A DNA stretch of 64,000 bases from Octopus sinensis. Taxonomy: Eukaryota. A model generated the notes under the pieces. The model was not told the origin of the DNA and did no database searches. It worked only from the letters and a program-made list of their open reading frames with translations. Made by a program: the position numbers and the translations under genes. Location of the stretch: contig NC_042998.1 in the NCBI RefSeq assembly GCF_006345805.1, positions 1,302,001 through 1,366,000 of the forward strand, given 5' to 3'. How positions within the stretch are numbered: the stretch's first letter is position 1; every line of letters begins with the position of its first letter. Shown piece by piece: positions 27,309 to 40,380 of this stretch.

Positions 27309-27351
27309 GAATTTTCTGCTGCTTAAATAAGTATATATATATATATATTAT

Positions 27352-27389
<38 letters not shown>

Positions 27390-27394
27390 ATATA

Positions 27395-27640
27395 TGATAG
27401 CCGTCTACTCCTTGTGCAGAGTTTGCCTGCCTCCTGTACCTACACCTTAGAACCATCATGGCATCTGATGTGGCTTTTTAAACGAGATAATGTTCTGAAA
27501 AGACACCCACAAAGATTGCACATCCGATTTGGACCACCAAGAGCTGCAGTTAAGTTCTGATTTGTGTGGGTCTTAAAATGTCTTTTAAGGCCTCCGTTAG
27601 ATTTACAAACCTTCTGGAATAAAGTGCATTCATATATGCA
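27395..27640 (-). mobile_element. 3' fragment of an RTE-like LINE encoding two C2H2 zinc-finger motifs
   Basis: YECTLFQKVCKSNGGLKRHFKTH (second Cys lost) and CNLCGCLFRTLSRLKSHIRCH, stop, ~40-nt 3' UTR ending in (TA)n. Confidence 0.6.
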
Positions 27641-28017
27641 CAGACATATAGCCAGAATAGTTGGTATATATATATATATATCCATATATATCCAATAAGC
27701 TATTAGCAAAATTACATTGGGTCAGTTCGTCCGTTGTGTGCCGGTTCTGTACTTTTATTCCTGTTCGTTATAGTGACGAGTCAGTAAGAGTGGAACGAAG
27801 AAGAAATCTACTGGACTTAACTTCAGCACAAAGGAGTCAGTGAATCAACAAAAAAGAGACAATTATTCAACAACAAGCAAACAAAAGAATGATAATAATA
27901 ATAATAACATACCGGTACCTTATCAATGGAATCATCATAAGACAGAAAGAAATACTTTCTAGCTTGACAGACAGGTGTTTCCTTGAATCTGTAAGAGAAA
28001 AAAACTCAACTAAGCTA

Positions 28018-28048
<31 letters not shown>

Positions 28049-28257
28049 TTGCTTATACACACATACATCCATGTGTGTGTGTGTATCCGAACAACGTTTC
28101 TTACACATGAAATACTAATTTGAGCAAAAAGGTCTCAACTTTCCACACAGATGCTTCTGCTTAAACCCGATCCTCGCGTTAATGCTGATTCTACAGATTC
28201 TATCTGAAATACTTGTGCGAGTGTGTGCGGAAGTGTGTGTGTGGATGTGTATGTGCA

Positions 28258-28291
<34 letters not shown>

Positions 28292-28518
28292 TGTCTGTGA
28301 GCGTGTTGGAATAGTAATTAGTACACATGCACACACACACACACATATATATATATACACATGTAGATGTAACGCACGGGAAAACACAGCCACACTTCCA
28401 CACACAAACACACGCGCACATGCATAAGATTATATGCGATATATATGTGTGTGTATAAACACAAACATACATATAAAATATACATATACATATATGTATA
28501 TATATATGTATATATATA

Positions 28519-28562
<44 letters not shown>

Positions 28563-28592
28563 ATGAATATATGTATACATACACACCTCCGT

Positions 28593-28639
<47 letters not shown>

Positions 28640-29134
28640 GCCTCGTGCTCTTATTTACAAGCGTCCGATTGTGGAAATGTGAACAAGTCTGTGAATGTGT
28701 GTGGGCGTTAGCGTGTATTTGTGTGTTTGCGTTTGTACGTGAGAGCGTCTGTGCGCATGTATGGTGTGCGCGTGTGTGTGTGCAAATGCGTTCATGAATG
28801 TGTGCGCGTGTGCGTCAATGTGTATGCGTGTGTATGCGAGTGTATATGTGTGTATATTTGAGTCTTCAATGTGTGCGTGTGCTCGCGTTCAATCTCCAAG
28901 CAGCCGCTCATTGCACCAGACATATTTTCTAATCAAGTTACTATTATTACTGTTCGTAGAGCTATAAAAGTGCACCGTTGAAGACACATAACAGATGGAG
29001 GGTTTTCCTGCCTCCTTTCTATACTCCCTTCTTCCCTTCCTTCCTTCCTTTTACCTTTTTCTTCCTTTCCTGCAGCTTTTCTTTTTATCTATCCGCCTAT
29101 CTTTTATTTTTGCTTCTCTTTCCATTCACTATCT

Positions 29135-29150
29135 ATGTATTTATCAATCA

Positions 29151-29202
<52 letters not shown>

Positions 29203-29256
29203 ATATATATATATATATTGTTCTATCTGTGTGCAGCCCTGTGTGGCTAATAAAGA

Positions 29257-29295
<39 letters not shown>

Positions 29296-29316
29296 GTCTG
29301 TCTGTGTGTCTATCCA

Positions 29317-29352
<36 letters not shown>

Positions 29353-29394
29353 TTTGCCTATCTGTTTATCTCTCTGTCTATCTCTGTCTATCCG

Positions 29395-29447
<53 letters not shown>

Positions 29448-29450
29448 TTG

Positions 29451-29501
<51 letters not shown>

Positions 29502-29585
29502 GTCTATCTATCTATCTATCTATCTATATCTATCTATCTATCTCTGTCTGTCTGTCTGTCTATCTATCTGTCTGTCTCTCTGTGT
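29135..29585. repeat. (TCTA)n/(TCTG)n/(TA)n compound microsatellite
   Basis: Direct inspection; explains YLSI-repeat ORFs. Confidence 0.95.
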
Positions 29586-30419
29586 CGGTCTATGTTTCTA
29601 TATGTAACCCGCCTCTTTATATATCATCTATGTATCAAATTGCCTTAAATCCCCTAACTTTTCTTAAATATTTCAGCTGAGGACAGATTTCTTTTATCAT
29701 TTACTTGTTTCATTCATTGAACTGCGACCAAGTTGGAGCACCAGATGGAAGGGCCTTAGTCGTGCAAATCGAATTCAATTTTAAAACCTGGTTCTTATTC
29801 TATCGGCTCTATTTGCCGAACCGCTACGCTACGGGGTCGAAAAATAAAATGTGTGTGTGTGTGCGTGTGCGTGTGTTGCACGACGGGCTTCCGCACGGTT
29901 TCCGTCTAACTGGGTTTTCTCACAAGGCATTGGTCGGCCTGGGTCTATAGTAGAAGACACACGCTCAAAGTGCCGCACTGTGGGATTGGATCTGAAACCA
30001 CATGGTTTCAAAGCGACCTTCTTTACCAGCCACATCTTTTTCTCTTGAAAGATTGAAATATTTCCATGTTCAAATTCTCGTTTAGACGAGAAGAAATGAT
30101 GATTAAAACTCTGAGTAATTGCTGAAAGATACATAACTCTCTTAGCTTCAGTGTTGAAATATATGCGCGCACGTGTGTGTGTGTGTGTGTGTGCTGTATG
30201 TATATGTGTTACAGGTCTACATTAATTTATATGTGTATATATATATATGGTCGCGTAAACAGGGAAGTGTGAGTTCGAGTCCCACGCGTACGGGAAAGCC
30301 TATTTTTTCTGTCGAAAAATATATACAATGCCCATTTTTAGACTGTTTTCTTTAGCCATTGCGCGGTGATTGCTATAAGCTTTAAGCTTATAAAATACTA
30401 TAATTATTTACAGAAAATT

Positions 30420-30707
30420 ACTGTTCTATATTTAAGAGATGAGAAATTATCTACATTATTTACATTCGACGGATATTTGTCCTCATCTTGTTTGTTGTTA
30501 ACGTTTCAGCTGATATACCCTCCAGCCTTCTTCAGGTGTCTTGGGGAAATTTCGAAACTCGGCTCTCATTCCTAAGGTATTTTTCGATGTTATTATTATC
30601 ATTATTATTATTGTTATTGTTCAGGTCACTGCTTGGAATCGAACTCGAAATCTTGGGGTTAGTAGCCCGCGCTCTTAACCACTACACCATATGCCCGTGG
30701 GCATATG
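30420..30707 (-). mobile_element. tRNA-headed element carrying a decayed hammerhead/pLTR-like body
   Basis: Minus strand: A box tggtgtagtgg and B box gagttcgattcc (head 30624-30696), (AAT)n linker, CTGAAGA-a-ggctg...cagct-GAAAC (30535 to 30503); 9-bp terminal fold-back catatgccc-gt-gggcatatg (30688-30707). Confidence 0.65.
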
Positions 30708-31783
30708 ATAGTTTCTTTACATGATAGTTTCTTTACAAAGAACAACTACGAACTAATTATAGTTCTTAGTTCTGACAGAAAAAAGCAATTAGGATCACTA
30801 GTGTAATCGGTAGCACATTCGGACGCGTAAACAGACATGTGTGGGTTCGAGTCCGACGCGTACGGGAAAACCTACTTCTTCTGTAGAGGATTCATTGCGC
30901 GGTGATCGCTTTAAGCTTGTAATATAATATTATTATTTACAGCCTCGAGCCGACCAAAGCCTTGTGAGTGGATTTGGTAGACGGAAACTGAAAGAAGCCT
31001 GTCGTATATATATATGTATATGTTTGTGTGTCTGTGTTTGTCACCCCAACATCGCTTGACAACTGGTGGTGGTGTGTTTACGTCCCTGTAACTTAGCGAT
31101 TCGGCAAAAGAGACTGATAGAACAAGTACTAGGTTTCCAAAGAATAAATCCTGGGGTCGATTTGCTCGACTTAAAGACATTTTATTTGAGATTATCTCGT
31201 GTGGTTTTACATTGTGCGTCTGCACACATGAATATATCAGTAAACATTCACATCTTTTTTAAAACAATATTGTGTAGTTTGAGAGCGGTTTCGCGATTAT
31301 TTCTTGTGTGTCTCAAGTGGCCACGAAGAGAATACCTTTGTGGGAACACATACACAAGTTATATTCTTTGACGAAATCAGACGCAGACATCCAATGGTAA
31401 AAATCTATTGTAACTATTTTGTATAAAACGCGAAGGATACTTTTCAATGGTAATACCATTACGTAAACAGTCTACGATATAAGCAAAGATAAACACTTTA
31501 TGGTAAAAACTTCGGAAAATAAATTCCTACATCTCATGTACTTAATGGGAAATAATGATAACATGAATAAACTCCCATGTGTCCTGTTTACCATGTTAAC
31601 AATTTGCTGTAGCAGTGACACTTTTTTAGTAAAGGAGTTTGAGAAGGTCTCGGAGAAAAAATGATGACGTAACTTCATTTCATGTGTCGCGCAAGTGTTT
31701 CGGAATCATGTCTTTTCTTTTCTATTTTTCTGTTCTAGTATATATTTTAATGTGTTGCAGGTGTGTGAAAATAGTTGACCAGA

Positions 31784-31868
<85 letters not shown>

Positions 31869-32359
31869 AGTCTCTAGGCGTCGAGACATCATTAACTGCT
31901 CACACTCATCACGACGCAATAACACTTGACGAAATATACGCGAAGATGTAAAACACTTGATATTCTTACTCAGACGGCATTTTAATTAGTTGCTCATTTC
32001 ATGTCTATTAAATCAGACACAGCTTTTATTAGGTGAGGCAGCACCCTTACATATGGAACTGCACCAAACGTTTGCACTGCACCAACCTCAACACACTACC
32101 TTAGAACTATTTAGAAACGCGTGTACAGTATGGGTATGCTTTTGTTTGTGTTTGTGTTTGTTTTATTGCATTGGCCTTAAAGACGCAGCAACAGTTTGTC
32201 TTTGTTCAACTGCAAATTTACTCGCCAAAACACGTGAAAATAGAAAGGAAAGGTTCAAAGACGTTTACTTACGGAATCCATTCCAAAATAAACATGCAAA
32301 AACCAATTAATAGGCTGTCTTATTAGAAAATATTCTTTTTAAGCACAGACATGCAACCA

Positions 32360-32391
<32 letters not shown>

Positions 32392-32643
32392 TACACACAC
32401 ACATACACACACATACACACGCATAGATGTGTGTATGTATATGTGTGTGTGTATATATATGTGTGTGTGTGTGTGTGTGTGCATGTGTGTGTATATATGT
32501 GTATGTCTTATAATTATACGAGTATGTGTATTCATATGTTAATAAAGTGAGGGGGAGAGATATGCGTGTGTACATTCACAGATGCATTAACGGGTGAACA
32601 TATTAGCGCGTATGCATCATGTATGTATTTGTGTGTGTGTGCA

Positions 32644-32707
<64 letters not shown>

Positions 32708-33702
32708 TGCGAAATTGTTATGGTTTCTGGTCAATAGACGATGAGGATAGTGCATGTCTGTGAGTGAATTTTCCGTGTGAGCGTTTGCCGTTTTTCTGTG
32801 GAATTTTTAAATCCTATTCTATTTTATATACATGTATATGTATGTATAGTATATATGTGTGTGTATATATATATATATATATAAATGCATACACATACAC
32901 ACACTCACTTACACATACACATATGCTGTCGCGCCTTCCTGAATGCCACAAGGTCAGCGTATTAAATGGAATTATAAAATAAGTCACAAGAAACAAAAAT
33001 TAGACAAAGCTCTCCCTTAAGTTTTATGATAATAAAACGTTTCTATGTAAAACAATTATCTTTCATTTCCTCTTTTTCCCTTTTTTGTCATAAGCGAAAT
33101 GCTCGCAGTCAAATCAAGTTGAGTGCACAGGAGTTCAAAATTAGTGTTAGAAAGTTAGTAGTCTTATACTAATACTTTGATCTTTAGTTTGTTTTGCTAT
33201 CGTGGATAAGGCCATTCTGGTGCATTTTATTTTTTTAATAAACATTCGCACAAAATTAGCATTGCTTGTGTAAAATATAATTAGTAAGAATCGTCATTAG
33301 ACGACTTATTCTTCAAACGCTACAAAGGAAATGTGTGTGCGTGTGTGTGTGTATTATATTACACACATATATATATATCATATTATTTGCACACCACGTA
33401 TATATGTATATATTGTTATATGTATATATATTATGTATGTATGTATGTATGTATGTATGCATGTATGTATTTATATATAAATATATATATATATACATAC
33501 ATATATATATACATATATATAATATGTTAATATATATATATATATATATAATATAATATAATAATTATATACATATATATACAATATATTATATGATATA
33601 TATATATATATAATATATATTATATACACACACACACACATATATTAAATTATATTTCATTATGTTATGTTATATTATAATAAAAAAACATCTATATAAA
33701 TA

Positions 33703-33735
<33 letters not shown>

Positions 33736-34214
33736 TATATATATACATATATTAAATTATATTTCATTATGTTATGTTATATTATAATAAAAAAACATAT
33801 ATATATATATATATATGTTTATAAAGTTAATAAACTACTTTTAATGTCTGAAGATACTGCAGCAGACGTGCACGCGCATAAATACGTACTGGCGCAGTCG
33901 GCCATCCAGACACATGCACACACATACAGAGAGGGGGGAGAGAGAGATGTAAGAGGGGGATAGGCAGATGGACAGCCAGACAAGTAAACAGACTGACGGC
34001 CAGGCGGATGGACAGAGGAGTTTCTACCCGCTTTAGCCACCCGATGTTGGTCATATTTTACTAAAATACATACTCAACGATGCAAAGAGTAGCTTATATC
34101 TTCAGAACAGACAAGCCTTAGATTCTCTTTCATTTTCTGAATTCAAAGGATATCACAGGACGCCTCTCGCTAGGAAATTTATACAGATTTAATACTTATG
34201 TATGTACATGCATG

Positions 34215-34515
34215 TAGAGGCGCAATGGCCCATTGGTTAGGGCAGCTGACTCGCGGTCGGAGGATCGCGGTTTCGATTCACAGACCGGGCGTTGTGTGTG
34301 TTTACTGAGCATAACATAAAAGCTCCACGAGGCTCAGGCAGGGGGTGGTGGCGACCCCTGTTGTACTCTTTCGCCACAACTTTCTCTCAATCTCTCTTCC
34401 TGTTTCTTGAGTAACGCTGCGATGGACTGGGATCCCATCCAGCTTGGGGGAACACATACGCCACAGAAACCGGGAAACCGGGCCCATGAGCCTGGCTAGG
34501 CTTGAAAAATGCCAC
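34215..34515 (+). mobile_element. tRNA-derived SINE (third type)
   Basis: ggcgcaatggcccattggttaggg A box and ggtttcgattc B box, followed by a gctgcgatggactggg-type central domain. Confidence 0.75.
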
Positions 34516-34555
34516 GTTTATCGTTTTTTTATGTACATACATACATACATATATG

Positions 34556-34593
<38 letters not shown>

Positions 34594-34964
34594 ATGTACG
34601 TATACATGTTTGTGTGAGTGTGTACGCATGTAGACGTTGTGGACGCAGGAGTTTTATTTATGTCTATGTATTGTGAGAATATGGTTAAGTTCTTTTAGTC
34701 TTTTATTTGTTTGTCATTTGACTGCAGCCATGCTGGAGCACCGCCTTTAGTCGAAGAAATCGACACCAGAACGTATTTCTTTGTAAGTCCAGTATTTATT
34801 TTATCGGTATCTTTCACCGAACCGCCAAGTTACGGGGACGCAAACAGACAACCAGCATCGGTTGTCAAGCGATGTTGGGGGGAACAAACACAGACATACA
34901 AACATATACACACACACATACATATATGTATATATTAATATATATATATATATCTATATATAAA

Positions 34965-35176
34965 TTAATTAAGGGTAGAAATTGATATTTATCAATAAGA
35001 CCAGTGGTCTAGCATATTAAAAAAGAATCCGAAATTAAAATATTTATTATACCAATTAAGGACTGAGCACGAAAAGTGGACAGTCAACATGCTAGATATA
35101 GACGTCAAATCGCCATTCACCACAAAAGATTATGTTCATGTTGACTGTCCACTTTTCGTGTTCAGTCCTTAATTGG

Positions 35177-35185
<9 letters not shown>
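34965..35185. repeat. 44-bp inverted repeat (35048-35091 / 35137-35180) in a (TA)n-flanked segment, possibly PLE-derived
   Basis: Arms tataccaattaaggactgagcacgaaaagtggacagtcaacatg and reverse complement, 1 mismatch, 45-nt spacer. Confidence 0.8.
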
Positions 35186-35210
<25 letters not shown>

Positions 35211-35608
35211 ATATATATACATACATATATACGACGGGCTTCTTTCAGTTTCCGTCTACCAAATCCACTCACAAGGCTTTTGTCGGACCGAGGCTATAGT
35301 AGAAGACACTTGCCCAAGCTACTTACCACACAGCCACTCCAACGCCTATACATACTCATACGTGTATTTTTTTAATTTTTTAATTTTTTCTTTTTTCTTT
35401 TTTCTTTTTCTACCTATTAGAGTAACTTCCTTTTATTCAATGGCCTTTTATAGCGTCTGTTGCCAGTAATGGCCGGCGAGAATGTATTGTAGCTCTTCGC
35501 TCCAGCATTCGAAACTTCGAGTACTATAATGACAGCCTTTTACTGTTTGTTCTAAATTATAACATATATATATTATATTATATATATATAATATATATAT
35601 TATATATA

Positions 35609-35652
<44 letters not shown>

Positions 35653-36318
35653 AGTATATATATATAGATAATATATATATATATATATATATATGGCTTA
35701 TTGGTTAGTGCGTCACTGACGATCTAGCAATTGTGATTTCATCCCTAGACCGGGCGGCGCGTTGTGTTCTTGAGTGAAACACTTCATCACACGTTGTTAT
35801 GCGACCACTTCGACATCTGACGCGCGGCACACCTTGCAGCCGATTTAATGGAGAGAGGGAGCTAATGTACGGCACGAATGTTTGATGAAAAGCTGAATGC
35901 ACATGCGCATCGTCTTCGACGGGAGAGTCCATCATATACATGCATACATACATACGTACATACATACATACATACATACATACATACATACATACATGTG
36001 TGTGCGCGCAATGTAAACTTTGCTTTAATGTGAGAAAAAATTATAAATAGTTGAATAATTCATAAATGAAATGTTATCGGGTTTAAGGTATAACTATTTG
36101 TAAAGTCGGGCTTTTGAAATTTTAATTTTAATCGGATTTCTTTAAAGAATATTTATGTTTGTTTTTTTTTATATATTTCTTTAAAATCATAATTTCATAA
36201 AATCTCTATATATTTCCTTGGAAATAAAATTTATGTAAATTTTGACTTTTAACTATTTTTACGGATCACAATCATCGCGCCCTCTAGAATTCACTCCCGC
36301 TTCATATTTTTCCTGTAA

Positions 36319-37752
36319 TGTTGATTTATAAAGGTACCCAATCTGATCGGTCTTGGAAGAGCTCCAAAGGACATCGGTGCTGACCTTTCCTCCTGCTGTA
36401 TAGACGCCACCAGACGATGAAGTAGACTAGCACAATACGTAGATATAGAGGGAGAAGTCTAGACGCCAGAGAAGAGAACAGAGTAGCAGTCGGAGTAGCA
36501 GTAGAGTAGACTAGAACAGAGTTGAGTAGAAAGGCATCCGAACGTGCGACATGACACCTCCAAACGTAAGTAAGAAGAAAAATAGGAAATATATTTGGGC
36601 ATTAGAAACTGCTTAAATGGTGGAAACATTGTCCTTAAGAGTGTTCTAAGCCTGTGTGCTATCAGTCAGTATAGTATATAAATGCCATGGAAGCTTGATC
36701 GTTATATATAATGACTATCTAAGCGAAAGATGACAACTTCTAAGCTACAGGTATCTCAGTAACCGAGTCTAAAAGACAATAAACTTATTCAGATGTCTAG
36801 AGATAAGGAGACAGCTGTCAAACAGCAGATGTTGGTGAAAACTAAGAAAAATGTTAGAATTCTCAGCTAAAGATGTCACTCTAGTTTAATCTCATGACCC
36901 AGTCTCTTTCTCACAATAGTCCTCATCAGCTTCGTGAAATAATGCTATTTATTCAGATAAAAATCTTCGTTCGTCCTGCCAGCGGTCTCTCCTTCCAGTT
37001 GTCATGAAATTTTTCGAAATGAATTAAGTAAATCTTCAGAAATCTTTAAAGATTGAATGCATATGACTGATACAACCTCCTCCTATGATATAAGTGTAAC
37101 AGACCATCCGCCATTCACGTGACAAATCTTAAAGTAGATGTAAAAGTGTTAGGTATGTAGCATTTACTATGTAAAATCCTCGAATTAATCCTACATAGCG
37201 AAAATGCGAAACATTATGCCTTTGTTCTTCTGCTCCTTAGTGTACAGGTTTCGCTACCAGACAACAGAACGAACACTCATGATGCAAGCCATATAAATGT
37301 GTATGGCAAGCACTTTTTTTTTTATAAGTTCTTAACACTCGGCATATATTCACGACTCCTGTTTGAAGGTGGCGGCTGACTTTTCTGTGCAGGAGTTCAA
37401 CACAACACTGAGGGAGCTCACACGTGCAATTATTGATCTAATATATTTCCAACACAGAAATACTTCTTCATCATAGCTGGGGAAATAGCTATATAACAGA
37501 TGTGACTTAAACCTTAGTATGCAACGAAGTAGCTATTAAGCAACGGCTGTCCATTTAAATTAGTTAAGCTGGTAGATGTGAACGAAGCATGATCTTAGAA
37601 AGTCATAAACTACTGAGCCATACTTCTGTGTGGCATTATCTGAAAAAACTGTAAATTACTGAATTACTGTATAATGTGTAAATAAAATAACTGTTAAGTA
37701 ACATTTGTTGATATAATCTGGTTAATAAGAATAAAAGCTCTAAATATCAACG
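36319..37752 (+). mobile_element. Probable solo LTR (BEL/Pao- or Copia-like 5-bp TSD)
   Basis: Starts tgttgat, ends atcaacg (inverted ends, terminal CA to CG); flanks tgtaa / tgtca (4 of 5 match); aataaaa near 3' end; 1.43 kb with no ORF and no microsatellites. Confidence 0.55.
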
Positions 37753-37841
37753 TGTCAAATGAGCCGTAGGTTTGTCGATAGGGTGTGTGAGACACTGAAA
37801 TATATTCATCTGCTACATAATACCTTATAACACCTTTATAA

Positions 37842-37891
<50 letters not shown>

Positions 37892-37898
37892 ATATAGA

Positions 37899-37933
<35 letters not shown>

Positions 37934-37950
37934 ATGTATGTATGTATGTA

Positions 37951-37998
<48 letters not shown>

Positions 37999-38234
37999 AT
38001 ATGTATGTATGTATACATACATATATATGTATGCTTTTAATCTTTTGTTCTTTTACTTGTTTCAGTCATTTGACTGCGGCCATGCTGGAGCACCGCCTTG
38101 GTGGGTTTTAGTCGAAGAAATCAACCCCAACACTTACTTTTTTGACCCGTTACTTATTCTACCGGGACGTAAATTCATCAACACCAGTTGTCAAGCATAA
38201 TGGGAGGGGGGAAACGCAGACAAAGACACACGTA

Positions 38235-38275
<41 letters not shown>

Positions 38276-38441
38276 GATGCGCCTCTTTCAGTTTCCATCC
38301 ACCAGATCTACTCACATCTCTTTAGTCGGCCGAAGCTATAACAGAAGACACTTACCCAAGGTGCCACGCAGTGGGACTGATTCCGGAACAATGGGAGTTG
38401 GGAAGCAAACTTCTTACCACACGGCCACGCCTCTCTCTCTC

Positions 38442-38496
<55 letters not shown>

Positions 38497-38739
38497 TGCT
38501 ATATATATATTTCAGTTTTGGGATTTGGTTTGCAAGATTCTTTATGTGAGTTCGTGTGTTGAAACATATTCTGTTGTGTCTGGGGAGAGTCATTTTCTTT
38601 TTGTGCCTTATAATGTAACACACTTACCGGTAAAATTTCCACTTACTTCTTATTTTTATTTTCCTAAAATTTTCATTGCGTCTTGCAACCTTTTCAATAC
38701 ATATATATATGCATATATATATATATATATATATATATT

Positions 38740-39155
38740 ACATGTCCAACAAAGCGTGATGCCTAAACCAATCAGCTCAACCAACCAATCAGCTTAAGTA
38801 ATTGAGTGATACTACACACTGATTGGTCAGAATACAGTTTGCAAAACCTAGCACTCTGGAGCCTACCCAGCTGTATTTATAGCACAGAATCAATCATCTT
38901 GCTACAGTCAAAAATTGTGAAGCATGACTGTCAACACTACTACATGAACCCGAAGATTGCAGAATTCAATGCATGAAAGTACTAGTTCAATCAGAATGAA
39001 TATTTAACATTCTACTATTTCATTTTATTTTATTCAATTATAATATATTATCTTATAATATATCATTATAAGATTGTAAATAAAACGTGAAAATCAGACA
39101 AGGTTGGAATTCTTTTTATTAATATATTCTTCTATACACAATCACACACACCCAT
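38740..39155 (+). mobile_element. Penelope-like pseudo-LTR (family A), hammerhead core mutated
   Basis: Matches 51290-51460 and reverse complement of 50466-50633; CCAAT motifs and tatttata upstream; hammerhead fold 38945-38989 with CCGAAGA instead of CTGAAGA; ends cacacacccatatata. Confidence 0.75.
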
Positions 39156-39163
39156 ATATATAT

Positions 39164-39200
<37 letters not shown>

Positions 39201-39201
39201 C

Positions 39202-39540
<339 letters not shown>

Positions 39541-39903
39541 CACACACACACACACATATGCACAAGCATATATACACACTAAATTTAATTACCTTCATAT
39601 ATTCGCGTAGATTCAGCGACTAAACCAAAAACGAGCACACTGATAAAAACCCCACACATAAAAAATTATTGTTTATTCTCCCGTCAATTTTAAGATCGTA
39701 AATTCGTCAGTCTTCGAAATAGACTGTACAATAGAGACATTACCCTTCCTTATCTTGCCTATTTTACCATTGCTTCATAAACGGAGCAAAGGCAATGATT
39801 GATGTCTTAATAGTTGGAGTGTAAGGTAGCATATACCTCAGAGAACGAGATTCGGACTTCAGATTTTTCAGTTGAATGGCTGGTACCTACATTTATTCAT
39901 TCA

Positions 39904-40270
39904 CTAGCAGTCTCGCCCGGCGTTGCTAGGGTTTGTTTCGACATTTTAGAACTGGAATTTTTGAAAAGTAAAAATGTTGCATTATGTAGCTTTCTTTGAG
40001 TGAACATTTTCCTGATTGAAATACACTGAAAAATGGCGTAAAATTAGGGATCTTCATAGAAAAAAAAGCACCTTTTTGATGTAAATAATTTTTGGCGTTA
40101 ACATGGTCGGATTTGAATTTTGTCTTCTACTGAAGGAAGAGCAAGCCTTCTTCTATCATACTCTCAATTTTGGTCAACTTTCTCCGCAGGGTCTCGGAGG
40201 AGATAGTGTTAGTTGAAGGCTACCAAACCTGCCACACACAGACAACTTCAGCTTTATATAGAGAGAGAGA
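39904..40270 (-). mobile_element. Non-autonomous Helitron/Helentron-like element
   Basis: Minus strand: A|TCtctctctatataaagctgaagttgtctgtgtg 5' end; 3' hairpin ccctagcaacgccggg then ctgCTAG|T. Confidence 0.8.
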
Positions 40271-40380
40271 TTTATCGTGACGTTAAAATGTGGGAGGAAT
40301 TATCTTCCTTCTTTTGTCTTTTACTCGCTTCAGTCAGTAAACTACGACCATACTGGGGCACCACCATGAAGGGGTTAGTT

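Larger units (their letters stand above)
27100..27330. mobile_element. Penelope-like pseudo-LTR (family C) with inverted duplication, embedded in (TA)n
   Basis: 158-bp palindrome 27173-27330 (one 1-nt indel); hammerhead motif then aataaa on the minus strand; (TA)n on both sides. Confidence 0.75.

Noticed and set aside
27440-27709. Host C2H2 zinc-finger gene
   Set aside because: The N-terminal part is a microsatellite translation; the fingers are followed by a LINE-like short UTR and tail; no exon structure
30624-30696. Functional tRNA gene
   Set aside because: Imperfect acceptor and anticodon stems, and it is fused to a repeat body; better read as a SINE head
36900-37045. Two CTGANGA...GAAA matches on the minus strand in the putative LTR
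   Set aside because: Flanking stems do not pair
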